Source of the DNA: Octopus sinensis
Lineage: Eukaryota
Direction of reading: 5' to 3'
Assembly (NCBI RefSeq): GCF_006345805.1
Contig: NC_043026.1
Span: 11,945,579-12,009,578, forward strand
Length of the DNA stretch: 64,000 nt
Shown: positions 1 to 13,338 of the stretch, piece after piece
Layout: every line of letters begins with the position of its first letter
Position numbering within the stretch: the first letter of the stretch is position 1
Position numbers and translations under genes: made by a program
The notes under the pieces: generated by a model
Told to the model about the DNA's origin: nothing
Database searches by the model: none
Seen by the model: only the letters and a program-made list of their open reading frames with translations

Positions 1-593
1 TTGCTGAAGCATGGAACAAACTGCCGGCATCAGTTGTTAGTTGTCGGAGCACTGCATCCTTCAAAACTTCCATGCTTTCTGAGATTCGCCAACACTATAC
101 CTAATTTTCTCCCCTCTGTACACACGTAAGCATGTATCTGACTCATACACTGTTCACTTCCCAGACATTTGTACATTACTGCATATGCAGACACCCATGA
201 TATTATTAACCATCTTACAAACAATAACTCTGAGCACCTTTTCAAACTCCACCTGTCTAACACCTGTGGACATGTTTACAAAGTCAGAAAACAGCACAGC
301 TCCCATGACTTTAGGAAACATTTTTTCACGCTGAGTGTTGCTGAAGCATGGAACAAACTGCCGGCATCAGTTGTTAGTTGTCAGAGCACTGTATTCTTCA
401 AAACTTCCATGCTTCCTGAGATTCGCCAACACTACACCTGATTTTCTCCCCTCCATACACACACAAGCATGTATCTGACTCATACACTGTTCACTTCCCA
501 GACATTTGTACGTTACTGCATATACTCTATACGTACTTTCTGACAAGTTGTGGTGCACCTAAGCACTGTATACAATAATTTCATTATTATTAT
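1..593 (+). mobile_element. CR1-like LINE 3' end, 337-bp tandem units (runs off the window start)
   Basis: RGH.YK.RK...DFRKHFFTLRVAEAWNKLPASVV...FK motif typical of CR1/L2 ORF2 C-termini; (ATT)n tail at ~580-592. Confidence 0.85.
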
Positions 594-1109
594 AAAGAAA
601 TTTGGCTTTGCTTATGCTGATCTAAATTCACTATAGTTTATAGTTAACATCCAAAACGATGACAGCCTTGATAATTTATTTCTGTAGATGCAAGTAGAAT
701 GCTGTCAGTATTCTGTATAAGTCTTGTTATTTACTGCAAGGACCTCATTCAGATTTGGATCAATGATCAAACCATACTGTATGTTAATATATGAAGACAG
801 TCTAAGGCAGCAAGCTGACGGAAGCTTAGTAGCATTTCATCTCTCTCTATGTTCTGAGTTCAAATTCACCATGGTCAACTTTGCCTTTCATCCTTTTGGG
901 GTCAATAAAATAAGTACCAGTTGAGCATTGGGGTCCATCCCCCCAAAATTGCTGGCCTTGTGTCAAAATCTGAAACCAATATATGAAGATGGTCTCGGGA
1001 GTAAATCAATGAATGTTATTAAAGTTTCTTTTCCTTAAATTTGGATGTCTCTGCAATTCAATAACTTTACTTCCAACTTCTATCAAATGAAAAATATTAC
1101 CTATTTCAT

Positions 1110-2400
1110 CATTTTCATCATCTTCGTTTAGCATCCGCTTTCCATGCTAGCATGGGTTGGACGGTTCAAATGGGGTCTGGGAAGCCAGAAGGCTGCACCA
1201 GGCCCAGTCTGATCTGGCAATGTTTCTACGGCTGGATGCCCTTCCTAACGCCAACCACTCCGTGAGTGTAAAGGGTGCTTTTTACGTGCCAGACAAGGCT
1301 GGCAAACGGCCACGATCGGATGGTGCTTTTTACGTGCCACCGGATGGTTCTCTTACGTACCACCGGCACTGGTATCGCAGCTGCAATTTCCATTGATGAA
1401 GAAACTTGGCCTCATCCTTACCGTGCTCTCTCACCATTATTTTCTTCATCTGGTCATATAAACATCTGTCTCTTTTTTCCTGTGACCACCCTGGTGGGAT
1501 TCCACAAAAGTCTCCAACTACCAAATCCACTGACAAGGCAGGCACTGGTTGAGCGAGGACTATAGTAGACGATACTTACCCAAGATGCCCTGCAGTTAAT
1601 CACACAGCCATGCCTGCACTTAAAAATGAAAAGCTGGAGCTACCCAATCAACTATTCCATCCATGACCTCACCAACCATTTGTCAGCCATTTTTGCTATA
1701 TAACAACCATGAGCAACAGTTCAAATCCATCATACACAACTCTCTTTTACATAATCTTGAGGCATGTTTTATCTGTACACATTTATGTAAAATTTGCTTT
1801 GTTTCAGGTGCATAATATGAAATTTGTAACTCTTTACTGCATACAGTGTTGTTTCTTGAATTTGATTTATCATAGCCACTTAGATCAGAACCAGGTTTAC
1901 ACATCTGGTGATACATCGTCATCATCAACATCATCGTTTAACGTCCCCTTTCCATGCTAGCATGGGTTGGACGGTTTGACTGAGGACTAGCGAACCAGAT
2001 GGCTGCACCAAACTCCAGTCTGATCTGGCAGAGTTTCTACAGCTTGATGCCCTTCCTAACGCCAACCACTCCGAGAGTGTAGTGGGTGCTTTTTCGTGCC
2101 ACCAGCACAAGGGCCAGTCAGATGGTACTGGCGACGACCACTCTCAAATGGTGCTTTTTATGTGCCACCTGCACAGGAGCCAGTCCAGCGGCACTGGCAA
2201 CGACAACGACCTTGCTCGAATGTTTTTTTCACATGCCACCAGCACAAGTGTTAGTAAGGCAGCGCAGGTAACGATCAGGCTCAAATGGAGGTTTTAATGT
2301 GCCATTGGCTCGGAGGCTAGCTTGTTGCTCTGGCAACGATCTCACTCATATGGTACTCTTAGCACTCCATTAGCACGGATGCCAGTCATCGAATTTGATT
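1110..2400 (-). mobile_element. Two family E elements (RTE-related, (GAT)n tail, variable ~55-60-bp internal repeats)
   Basis: Core GGTTGGCGTTAGGAAGGGCATCCAGC and tail GGACGTTAAACGATGATGATG; copies at 1110-1400 and 1915-2400. Confidence 0.8.
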
Positions 2401-2460
2401 TCGATTTCATTTTTAATAAAACTTTGTGAGTAGGATATTGGATTTTTGTTGTTCTTACAC

Positions 2461-3021
2461 TGTATATATATATGTACATATACATATATATACACATACA
2501 TTATATACATATATATATATATACACATACATATATATACACATACATATACATATATATACATATATATACATATATATATATATACATACATATATAT
2601 ATATATACATACATATATATATACATACATATATATACATATATATATACATACATATATATATACATACATATATATACATATACATACATATATATAC
2701 ATATATATATACATATATATACATACATATATACATACATACATATATATACATATACATATATATACATATATATATATATACATACATATATATATAC
2801 ATACATATATTTATATATATATACATATATATATACATATATATACATATACATATATTTATATATATATACATACATATATATATATACATATATATAT
2901 ACATATATATATATACATATATATATACACATATATATATACACATATATATATACACATATATATATACATATACATATATACATATACATACATATAT
3001 ATATATATATACATATATATA
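2461..3021. repeat. Compound (TA)n/(TACA)n microsatellite
   Basis: Direct reading. Confidence 0.95.
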
Positions 3022-3323
3022 AAACACAAAAATATTTATAGAGAAAATCACAACTAATTGTAGAATAAGCTTTACAAAGCTGACAATCGTTTCTGTTGTC
3101 TGAACATATTTAAATATAAAAAATATCCTTGTATTTAATATTTCTGAAAATACATGTTAACACAACGTTTTCAAGGCAATCCAAAATTAGTTAAATTCAT
3201 AGTGTATTCTACATGCATCTATTCACATCTAATTGTTGGATATGGTTAATCAAATTCGTTTAAAACTGAGTGCTTTATTGATATCACCTTGGATTTTTTA
3301 ATCACCCATTTTTTACCTCTTAC

Positions 3324-4357
3324 TATCATCATCATCATCGTTTAACGTCCGCTTTCCGCGCTAGCACGGGTTGGACGGTTCGACCGGGTCTGGGAAGCCA
3401 GGGGCCGCACCAGGCTCCAGTCTGAATCTGGCAGAGTTTCTACGGCTGGATGCCCTTCCTAACGCCAACCACTCCGTGAGTGGATTGGGTGCTTTTTACG
3501 TGCCACCTGCACAGGGGCCGGGGGGTCCGGCATCGTCACGATCGGTTCGAGCATTTTAACGTGTCAGCGGCACGGGGGCAACGAGGTCCGGGGTACTTTG
3601 GGGATCGGGGTACTTTGGGGATCCAGGGTACTTTGGGGATCCGGGGTACTTAGAATGGGTAGGGGGTATGTGGAATTGCTGCAGAAAGCAGCCCGGGTCT
3701 TTGTAGTCACAGCATATCTCCAGAGATTACATCAACCTGTCTTCTCTCTAGCATCTCTACAATCTCACTAGACTTGCCTGTCAATGTACCAACATTGATA
3801 GTGCCAACTCTGAAAACTGGGAAGGAGATGTGGGGGGGGACGGGGTTGATTCGGCGCCTGAGAAGAGGAGGGTTGTTGTGGTGGTGATAGTTTTCGTGGT
3901 ATTTTTCTTTTGATCTCTCTTCCAACCTGACCACGCCGTGGGCAGGAGCTGGTGTTAGCAGTGGACATTCGTTATCGTCACTGAGTAACGTAATTAGGTA
4001 GAGGAAAGAAATACAGATATTCTAGAGTTGAGTTGGGGAGGGGGGGTCCAGTTGAGGCGGGTAGTATAGGGGAGCAACCAGTGGGGAAGGTTGGGGTAAG
4101 GAGGAACGATGGCAGGAAGGATTGGTGTAGGTTCGTAAGAAATAAAAAACGTAGGATATTACGAGGCGGAAGGGTACTAAAAGGGGATGGTCGGATTGAG
4201 GCAGTGTCAGGAGGAAGCAAAGATCGGGGCAGTTGAGCTATGGCGCTAGCAGCTTGTCTTTTCACAGTGAAAGCATATGAGGAGAAGGGGTAGTGGGGGG
4301 AGGAGGAGGGAGTAGGGCGTATCCGTGTAGATGGTGAGAACAGGGTATACTGGTATT
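3324..4357 (-). mobile_element. Composite RTE-related element: APE endonuclease N-terminal fragment plus (GAT)n-tailed module
   Basis: RVGTINVGTLTGKSSEIVEMLERRQVDVI at ~3725-3810; short GGGGTACTTTGGGGATCC repeats; family E module at 3324-3570. Confidence 0.7.
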
Positions 4358-5303
4358 ATATATATATATATATTGGAAGGTTTGGAGATGATGTACAGGT
4401 ATTTTATATTAGAAGAAATGAGGTCCTCAGAAAATCAGATGGTTTATATTTATTTGTATATTACATTTTTTATATATCATATAACTTAGATCATATATTA
4501 GCGCTTTCTCCCATTCTCATGGGAGTTATATATATATATATATAAACACACCAGCATCGGTTGTCAAGCAATGCTAGGGGGACAAACACACACACGCATA
4601 TATATACATATGTACGACGGGCTTCTTTCAGTTTCCGTCTACCAAATCCACTCACAAGGCATTGGTCGGCCCGAGGCTATAGTAGAAGACACTTGCCCAA
4701 GGTGCCACGCAGTGGGACTGAACCCGGAACCATGTGGTTGGTAAACAAGCTACTTACCACACTATACACACATTCTATTTCTTTTTTTTTTAATAATATG
4801 ATAAAATACTTTGAGGTTTTTTTTGTATTTATTCATAATAATTGTACAACATTATTATTGATATATGAGAATAGATTTTCAGTTATTCACTCGCAATGTC
4901 AATCCAGGATAATTTTTTCTCTTTCTGCAAATATTTTAGATGGAATATGTATTTGAGTATTCTGGAAGAAAATTCTTATTAAAAATATCAAGATAGAAAT
5001 TTACTTCACCAATACAGATATAGTTGTAGTTATATAAAATATAGTTTGGGGAAAGTCAACAGTTACCTCCACTTTTCTGTGTGTAAATGTTTACGGTTTT
5101 ATATATTCTTTCATAGAAAGAACTTTGGTAAGAATGCTGTATCTAGATTTTAAATAGGTATGCCATATCCCTGTGAAGAAAACTGAATGGATTGGTATGA
5201 CTTCAGCCACAAAATTCTACCTTGGAAAGGGAACCATAGTGAATATATTTAGAGTTATTGGTAGGGCCACAAAGTTGCCCTTCCATCGGCAGAAAAAATG
5301 GGC

Positions 5304-5529
5304 TTAACCCTTTAGCATTCAGATTATCCTGTCAAATGTAATACCTACTTATTCACATTATTTTCAATTGATCGTACATTATCTTGTAGTTCTGAGATTT
5401 TCATGATGAGATTCCTTATTTTTAGGACACTGTGGAGTAGGTATGAGAGACTGCATCCGGCTGGTTTGACCATAAAACAGGTTGAATATTTAGGCTGGAT
5501 ATGGCTGGTTTGAATGCCAAAGGGTCAAA
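5304..5529. mobile_element. piggyBac-like MITE (family 1)
   Basis: TTAA-CCCTTTAGCATTC ... GAATGCCAAAGGG-TCAA; relatives at 15251-15480, 18178-19103 and 47923-48150. Confidence 0.75.
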
Positions 5530-5571
5530 ACGTTTGTTACTGTGTTGTAATCAACTCAGACACTGATGCGG

Positions 5572-6891
5572 TTACACTCCTGTATGACTAACTACATGGG
5601 TAGTTAGGTTACTTTTCTGAGAGAAAGACTTACCACAGATATCACACTGATACGGTTTCTCCCCTGTATGGATACGTATGTGTTTAGTCAAATCATCACT
5701 TCGAGCGAATGCTTTACTGCAGATATCACACTGAAACGGCTTTTTCCCTGTATGAAGACGTTTATGCCTAGTCAAGTCACTACTTCCAGAAAACGATTTA
5801 CCACAGACATCACAACGATATAGTTTCTCTCCTGTGTGAATACGCTTATGTTTGGTCAAGTCACTGTTTACAAAAAATGATTTATCACAGACATCACAGC
5901 GATATAGCTTCTCTCCTGTATGGATAGATTTGTGTTTAGTTAAGTCACTACTTCTAGAGAATGGTTTACTACAAATATCACACTGATACGGCTTCTCTCC
6001 TGTATGAATGCGTTTATGTTTATTCAGATCACTACTTCTAGTGAAGGCTTTACCACAGACATCACAGTGATATGGCTTCTCCCCCGTATGAATACGCTTG
6101 TGCTTAGCTAAGTTATTACTTCCAGTGAATGACTTACCACAGACATCACAATGATATGGCTTCTCTCCTGTATGAATACGTTTGTGTATACTCAAGTCAT
6201 TGCTTTGCGAAAATAATTTGTCACATACATCGCAGTGATACAGTTTCTCTCCCGTATGAGTACGCTTATGTTTAGTTAAGTTACTACTTCCTGAGAACGA
6301 TTTATCACAGATATCACAGTGATATGGCTTTTCACCTGTGTGTATACGTTTATGTGTAATCAAATTACAAGCTTTGGAGAATGATTTATCACAGACCTCA
6401 CAGTGATATGGCTTCTCCCCTGTATGAATGCATTTGTGAGTAGCCAGTTTCTCACTCTGGGAGAATGATTTACTACAGACATCGCACTGATATGGTTTCA
6501 CTTCTGTATGAATGTGTTTGTGTTTGATTAAGTGTTGATTTAGAGAGAATGATTTACCACACGTATCACACTGATATGGTTTCTCACCTGTATGGATATG
6601 CTTATGTTTAGTTAAGTCACTACTTCCGGAAAACGATTTATCACATATGTCGCAATGATAAGGTCTCTCGCCTGTATGAATGCGTTTGTGCTTAGTTAAA
6701 ACACCATTCTGAGAAAAAGATTTCCCACAGACATCACAATGGTATGGCCTCTCACCTGTGTGAATACGCAGGTGAGTGGTAAGGTTACTCTTCTGGGAGA
6801 ACGATTTTTCACAGATATCACAGTAGTGTGAAGATTTTCTTACTTCGCTTTGCGTCTTTTCAAGAGGTATCAATCCTGTAAATTCACACAT
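5572..6891 (-). CDS. C2H2 zinc-finger protein, 15 tandem fingers
   Basis: 439-aa ATG-initiated ORF of CxxC-x12-HxxxH repeats with TGEKPY linkers; no N-terminal effector domain. Confidence 0.95.
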   Translation of the reverse strand: MCEFTGLIPLEKTQSEVRKSSHYCDICEKSFSQKSNLTTHLRIHTGERPYHCDVCGKSFSQNGVLTKHKRIHTGERPYHCDICDKSFSGSSDLTKHKHIHTGEKPYQCDTCGKSFSLNQHLIKHKHIHTEVKPYQCDVCSKSFSQSEKLATHKCIHTGEKPYHCEVCDKSFSKACNLITHKRIHTGEKPYHCDICDKSFSGSSNLTKHKRTHTGEKLYHCDVCDKLFSQSNDLSIHKRIHTGEKPYHCDVCGKSFTGSNNLAKHKRIHTGEKPYHCDVCGKAFTRSSDLNKHKRIHTGEKPYQCDICSKPFSRSSDLTKHKSIHTGEKLYRCDVCDKSFFVNSDLTKHKRIHTGEKLYRCDVCGKSFSGSSDLTRHKRLHTGKKPFQCDICSKAFARSDDLTKHIRIHTGEKPYQCDICGKSFSQKSNLTTHVVSHTGV

Positions 6892-7328
6892 TTTCTGAAT
6901 AATTTTCTTTTCTCACTCCAATATAAGGCTATTTTTCTGGTTTTTGTTTCTATAGTTTACACTTTATAAACAATTTCACTGCTATATTTTCATTAACTGT
7001 GATCTTAACTGATATTTGAAGATGCTGGAAACTCTTTGGAAAATCAAATGCAAAATCATCTGATACAGATACTTCACACAGCAATGAAGAAATATTTCAC
7101 AATAAGTCAATAGACGTTTGTATAAACAGGATCACAAGAGCTCTGTATAACATTTTTTTTTTTAGTTTTTAAAAGATGATAATTATTGATGATGTATCTG
7201 TGTAGCGAATTCTTTCATGCCAAAGTTTTCTGATAATCTGAAATAAAACAAAAACAAATAGTATAAAATATTAAAAATACTTAAAATGCAGAATCAACAG
7301 CAAAAAAATTTATATTTATATTCAGTTG

Positions 7329-8022
7329 CAGGAGTAGCTGTGTGGTAAGTAGCTTGCTTACCAACTACATGGTTCTGGGTTCATTCCCACTGTGTGGCAC
7401 CTTGGGCAAGTGTCTTCTACTATAGCCTCGGGCCGACCAAAGCCTTGTGAGTGGATTTGGTAGACGGAAACTGAAAGAAGCCCGTCGTATATACATGTAT
7501 ATATATGTGTGTGTTTGTGTGTCTGTGTTTGTCCCGCCAGCATCGCTTGACAACCGATGCTGGTGTGTTCACATCTCAGTAACTTAGTGGTTCGGCAAAA
7601 GACGCTGATAGTACTTAGCCTTGTAAATGACAAATATATATACACAGATAGGCAGAGAGTGGCTGTGTGGTAAGTTGCTTGTTTACCAACCACATGGTTC
7701 CGGGTTCAGTCCCACTGCATGGCACCTTGGGCAAGTGTCTTCTACTATAGCCTCAGGCCGACCAAAGCCTTGTGAGTGGATTTGGTAGACGGAAACTGAA
7801 AGAAGCCCATCGTATATATATATGTATGTGTCTGTGTTTGTCCCCCTAGCATTGCTTGACAACCGATGCTGGTGTGTTTATGTCCCCGTCACTTAGCGGT
7901 TTGGCAAAAGAGACCGATAGAATAAGTACTAGGCTTACAAAGAATAAGTCCTGGGGTCGATTTGCTCGACTAAAGGCGGTGCTTCAGCATGGCCACAGTC
8001 GAATGACCAAAACAAGTAAGTA
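7329..8022 (+). mobile_element. Two tRNA-derived SINEs, family A (CORE-like CCTTGGGCAAGT; internal TA/TG microsatellite)
   Basis: Head GGAGTGGCTGTGTGGTAAG...GGGTTCAGTCCCAC (box A/B-like); 3' part ends GAAACAAGTAAAAGAG. Confidence 0.85.
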
Positions 8023-8029
8023 AAGTACA

Positions 8030-8320
8030 CAGTAGAGAGCCAACACAAGACCATTGAGCAAATCATCACAGGAGGAGTATAAAAACTAGCAGGTCAGATA
8101 CTCTTGCTGCCAGAATAATCCCCTTCTAAAACAGCTTTCAAAAGGGAAAGAGTGGAAGAGTAGACACCACTTGGCATAGAACATTCATAACTAACACAGA
8201 GACAGGGCAATATCACATAGCTGGATGCACAGAATACTGCAGCCAGCAAAAACCAGTGGCATCAACTTGCTGTCCAATGTACTCAAGAGTATAAGAGTGA
8301 CACTTAAGACTCGAACAACT
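8030..8320 (+). mobile_element. Old RTE-like LINE 3' relic
   Basis: Fragments TTWHRTF and AASKNQWHQLAVQC resemble RTE C-termini. Confidence 0.4.
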
Positions 8321-8403
8321 GGACTTTACATTTTAATTTGTTGTTTAAATTATATCATACAACCTTTCTTTCACTTTCTTTTACTTGTTTCAGTCATTTG
8401 ACT

Positions 8404-8702
8404 TAATTAATGTTCGTCCTTCGGTTCGAAGATGACCAACTGACATCATCTGATGGAACTGGCGCCATGAGACCGGAGGTGGCTGGTGAGGCCAATCCGG
8501 GCAAGGAAGCCCCTCCCACAGGTGGGGCAGAAGTGGGTAGGGGCCGTGCTACTGGTGCAGGCGGCTCTGGCTTTACGCATCTGACGTTTCTGCTCCGCTG
8601 ACCGAATCCGTCCCTCCTCGGCTGTCCCTGCTCCCACGGTGATTGCGCTGCGCCAGGATGAGCGGTTGGCAGCAAGTGTCTCCCAGGTCTCTGTTCCGAT
8701 GT
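8404..8702 (-). mobile_element. 5'-truncated RTE LINE 3' end with 12-bp TSD, inserted in a SINE
   Basis: C-terminal CPTCGRGFLARIGLTSHLRSH motif typical of RTE ORFs; AGTCATTTGACT duplicated at 8392-8403 and 8703-8714. Confidence 0.85.
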
Positions 8703-9754
8703 AGTCATTTGACTACAGCCATGCTGGAGCACCGCCTTTAGTCGAGCAAATCGACCCCAGGACTTATTCTTTTTGTAAGCCCAGTACTTATTCTATCGGT
8801 CTCTTTTTGCCGAACCGCTAAGTGATGGGGACCTAAAAACACCAGCATCGATTGTCAAGCAATGTTATGGGGACAAACACAGACACACACACATACACAT
8901 ATATATATATGTGTATATATACAATTAAGGGCTCCTAAATTAAGATGCCGAGTGCTGGGAACACAAAAAGGGGATGAATTTATCGAGAGTGAAAATAATA
9001 TTACTACCCTTCTTGTTTATATTCGCATATATGTGTATATATATATATATACATATATACAATGTTTAGCCCCTTGTGGGCAATAAAGAAATATATATAT
9101 ATATATATATATATTTGTTAGTACATGATATTGATAAGACCCAATGAAAGCAAAATGTACCTGCAATTCTTGCTAGCCACTGTTGGGATGATCATCTCCC
9201 TCTGATATGTAGTGTTTTTAAACACGGCATATCCATAAATGAAGCTATTTCTAAACGAACACCACAGTAACTTGCTCTTCAACAATGTATTTACATTAAG
9301 TATGATGCAGAGAGAGACTACTGTAATGTATATTAAACTACACAAAAGTAGATGATATTTTCCATTCTCAAAAATTGTCTTCGTTGATTTTGACCCAGGT
9401 GAGACTTGACTGACGAAATTTATGATCCAAGGCATAAACAGCTATGATCTTAACTTTGGCGTCGTATATTCACTTCTAAATTATCAAATTCGTCCTCAAC
9501 TTTGAAACTTCCATCCATTCATTTCCCCCACCGGATATTTCTGGGAGGGTAGTGTGGGATTGAGCCACCGGGTACCTCAATAGACGTCATTGATTGGTTG
9601 AAATTGCCGAAATGCAAGAAATAGCTTACAAACTACAGAATTTTCTCAAGAAAGCCAAGAGAAAAAGATGTTTTATGTAACACATTCTACCAGTATATGA
9701 AGTTTAAAAGTGTTTAGTTACAAAGAAATTATTAAAAAAATCTTCCGGTCAAAG

Positions 9755-10230
9755 TGAAAAGATCCTGTTCTTGATCTACCCCTAGGTCTCTTGCCGGTTG
9801 GCTTAGCTTGAAGAATCAGTCTTGCTTATTCTTCCCTGTGACATTCTAACCACATATCTGTAGTACCAGAGCTGTGACCTACGGCTTGACCTGAAGACTA
9901 CCTGATCTCTGAGTCACACACCATGTAAAACAACGTTACTCCAGAGATCTATCTGAAGACATCTCGGCCAGCTGTATTCGCCATGATACTTTATGGGGTC
10001 ATTAACCAGCTGTCAAGATGAAAGATCTATTTCTTTATGGGGTCATTAACCAGCTGTCAAGCCGAAAGATCTAATTGATAGCAATTTCAGTGTTATTTCT
10101 AGCAGACTCGACTTGATCGATTGTACAGCAACTTGAACTTGCTATGCAGGGACTCCATCGGCGGATAGATGTTTAACCACAGGTCAAACAGGAATGAGCG
10201 CATTTATGATCAAAAGCAGGTGAGTTCCAC
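9755..10230 (-). mobile_element. Decayed RTE (Expander/Rex3-like) ORF C-terminus
   Basis: Broken frames give RIQLAEM, ISGVTL, RSQLWYYRYVVRM and ILQAKPTGKRPRGRSRT. Confidence 0.75.
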
Positions 10231-10231
10231 C

Positions 10232-10640
10232 ACCTATTTCTTTACTACCCACAAGGGGCTAAACACAGAGAGGACAGACAAACGGACTAAGTCAATTACA
10301 TCGACCCCAGTGCGTAACTGGTACTTAATTTATCGACTCCGAAAGGATGAAAGGCTAAGTCGACCTCGGCGGAATTTGAACTCAGAACGTAGCGACAGAC
10401 GAAATACCTATTTCTTTACTACCCACAAGGGGCTAAACACAGAGGGGACAACAAGGACAGACAAACGGATTAAGTCGATTACATCGACCCCAGTGCGTGA
10501 CTGGTACTTAATTTATCGACCCCGAAAGGATGAAAGGCAAAGTCGACCTCGGCGGAATTTGAACTCAGAACGTAACGGCAGACGAATTACCGCTAAGCAT
10601 TTCGCCCGGCGTGCTAACGTTTCTGCCAGCTCACCGCCGC
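10232..10640 (-). mobile_element. tRNA-derived SINE family B, dimer
   Basis: Head GGCGAGCTGGCAGAAACGTTAGC, box B GAGTTCAAATTCC, core GTCGACTTTGCCTTTCATCCTTTCGGGGTCGATAAATTAAGTACC; body repeated twice. Confidence 0.85.
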
Positions 10641-11264
10641 CTTCCACCACCACCAAATGTTATCTGAATTTTATAACATAAACAAAATAACAAGAAGCGA
10701 CGGAGTTATGGAAATGCCTATCGCTACCTTCGCGAGAAAGAGAAAAATAGCACAGAATCAAGGAAGGGACGGAAAATATAGATAATCGAAAATTTTGAGA
10801 AAATAAAAAAGGTCCTTTGATAATCGTAATTTCCAGTGTAAGAAACACGAATTCTGAAATTCGCCAGGCATCATCTGATTAGGTGATCTTTTTCCTTGGC
10901 TGTGAAGGTGGGACACGGCTACACACCCACGCCTCTGCCATAGAAACATGTTGATGAATGGGGAAAAAACGAACGATCGGATGGGAAAAACAAACAAACA
11001 ACGTTACCAAAACAGTAATAACGGGGGAAACACCCGAATGGAATAAAGAAATACCTTGTGTAAACCTTTATCAGTAAATAAACGGCTGAAATTGGTGAAT
11101 CGGAGCTCGTCTCAATGACTTACTTTCTCTATAGAAGATATGGCGAAGGAAGTGAATTGTTGTGAGCTCATTGGTCAGTTTTTTAGTCAGGTGATATGAC
11201 GTAAGGCGAAAAACTGACGGGAAAGGAAAAAGAGATCTCTTAGATAATTTAATTATTCTTAATG

Positions 11265-11805
<541 letters not shown>

Positions 11806-11809
11806 TATA

Positions 11810-12042
11810 TATTTCTTTACTACCCACAAGGGGCTAAACATAGAGGGAGCAAACAAGGACAGACATAGGTATTAAGTCGATTACATCGACGCCAGTGCGT
11901 AACTGGTACTTTATTTATTGACCCCGAAAGGATGAAAAGCAAAGTCGACTTTGGTGGAATTTGAACTCAGAATGTAACGGCAGACGAAATACGACTACGC
12001 ATTTCGTCCGGCGTGCTAACGTCTCTGCCAGCTCGCCGCCTT
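11810..12042 (-). mobile_element. SINE family B, monomer
   Basis: Same consensus. Confidence 0.85.
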
Positions 12043-12368
12043 ATATGTCTTGGTATAATAAGTATGGTTGCACTCTCGATCGCTTCGACGAATGAGTGTT
12101 CCGATACAGCATTGTTGCACAATGTTCTCAATTCATTGTTGTGCTGTATCATTTCAGAGAGAGGAATACAGAACTATTAGGGATTTGCAAATATTGCCGT
12201 AGAGATCTCCGTTATCTTGCACGTCTTTAGTGTGTCCTTATAATGGAGCAGTAGGTGACCTTATATATATATGTATACGTGGTTGTCGTTTTGATAAATA
12301 AACAAGTCAACGTTCTAATATCATAAAGCTGATAGACCAACTAATGTGCTTCTCCATTTTCTTATTTG

Positions 12369-12371
<3 letters not shown>

Positions 12372-12424
<53 letters not shown>

Positions 12425-12588
12425 TAAAGGGTGAAATATAATTAATTTAATAAAATCAACAAATTTCACCAAGTAGTTTTTCGGTATGGAAAAGGACCAT
12501 ATTCGGTAAGAGTTAATATAATTATAACAATGAGGGTCTTGGCAACAAGTTGCTAGACCACATAGCGAAAGTATTAGAAATAGCAGCT

Positions 12589-12657
<69 letters not shown>

Positions 12658-12875
12658 TAAACACTCTTCTGCTAAATATTAATAAATATACATATACTAA
12701 CATTTTGTGGTCTCTTTTTTCTGTTTGCCTCAGTATGTATGTATGTATGTATGTATGCATGCATGCATGCATGCATGTATGTATGTATGTATGCATTTAT
12801 GTATGCATGCATGTATGCATGCATGCATGCATGTGTGTATGTATGCATTTATGTATGCATGTGTGTATGTATGTC
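12372..12875. repeat. (TA)n tracts flanking a ~170-bp insert, then (CA)n and (ATGY)n
   Basis: Direct reading. Confidence 0.9.
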
Positions 12876-12877
12876 AC

Positions 12878-13338
12878 TTTCGAGTGGTACTGGTAACATG
12901 TAACCCAGTACAACCTGTTGCATGGTTGGTTCGTCGGCGACTAAACCGGAAACCCCACCAAGCTTGCTTGCTGAGGAAGGTGTTTATTGGACACCCTGCG
13001 GGATGAAAAACAAAACCCGTCAAAGGGCAGAGGAACTCTTGAGAGTCAACAGCCATCCAATAAATGTCTTAAGGCTGTATCATGCGTGGGGACATAGAAA
13101 TAATCGGACTGAATACCCGATCACGCGGTTAAACCATTGGGAGTGAAGGACTCCTAGCCTTTGTTAGGGCATCCTTCTAGGAGAAGGTAATTGGGATAAC
13201 TCCGATATAAAACCTGCGGCTCAGTGGTTACCGATGATGTTGACTTTTTCTTCATTTCGGATTATGGCTGCTGTTGCTTAGTGAGTGGGATTGACTCAGT
13301 GCACAGCCTTTTCTCACTTTAAAAAAAATCTTCTTGCA
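12878..13338 (+). mobile_element. Probable RTE-like 5' UTR fragment
   Basis: TTAGGGCATCCTTCTAGGAGAAGG...GATATAAAACC resembles RTE 5'-terminal motifs; no ORF. Confidence 0.4.

Noticed and set aside
2370-3057. Long YI/IY-rich ORFs (also at 11071-11635, 39668-40090 and 41071-41921)
   Set aside because: Translations of (TA)n, (TACA)n and (TCTA)n microsatellites, which lack stops in several frames.
10169-10681. 170-aa Arg-rich ORF and similar recurring SINE ORFs (PRKDERQSRPRRNLNSE, FSFRLPNPLTR)
   Set aside because: Chance open frames through SINE consensus sequence, repeated wherever the SINE occurs.
12420-12590. Possible hammerhead in the (TA)n-embedded insert (minus strand CCGAAUA-UGG..CCA-UACC-GAAA)
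   Set aside because: C3-U8 cannot pair, there are extra bases before GAAA, and no convincing stem I. May be a Penelope-type relic but cannot be supported.
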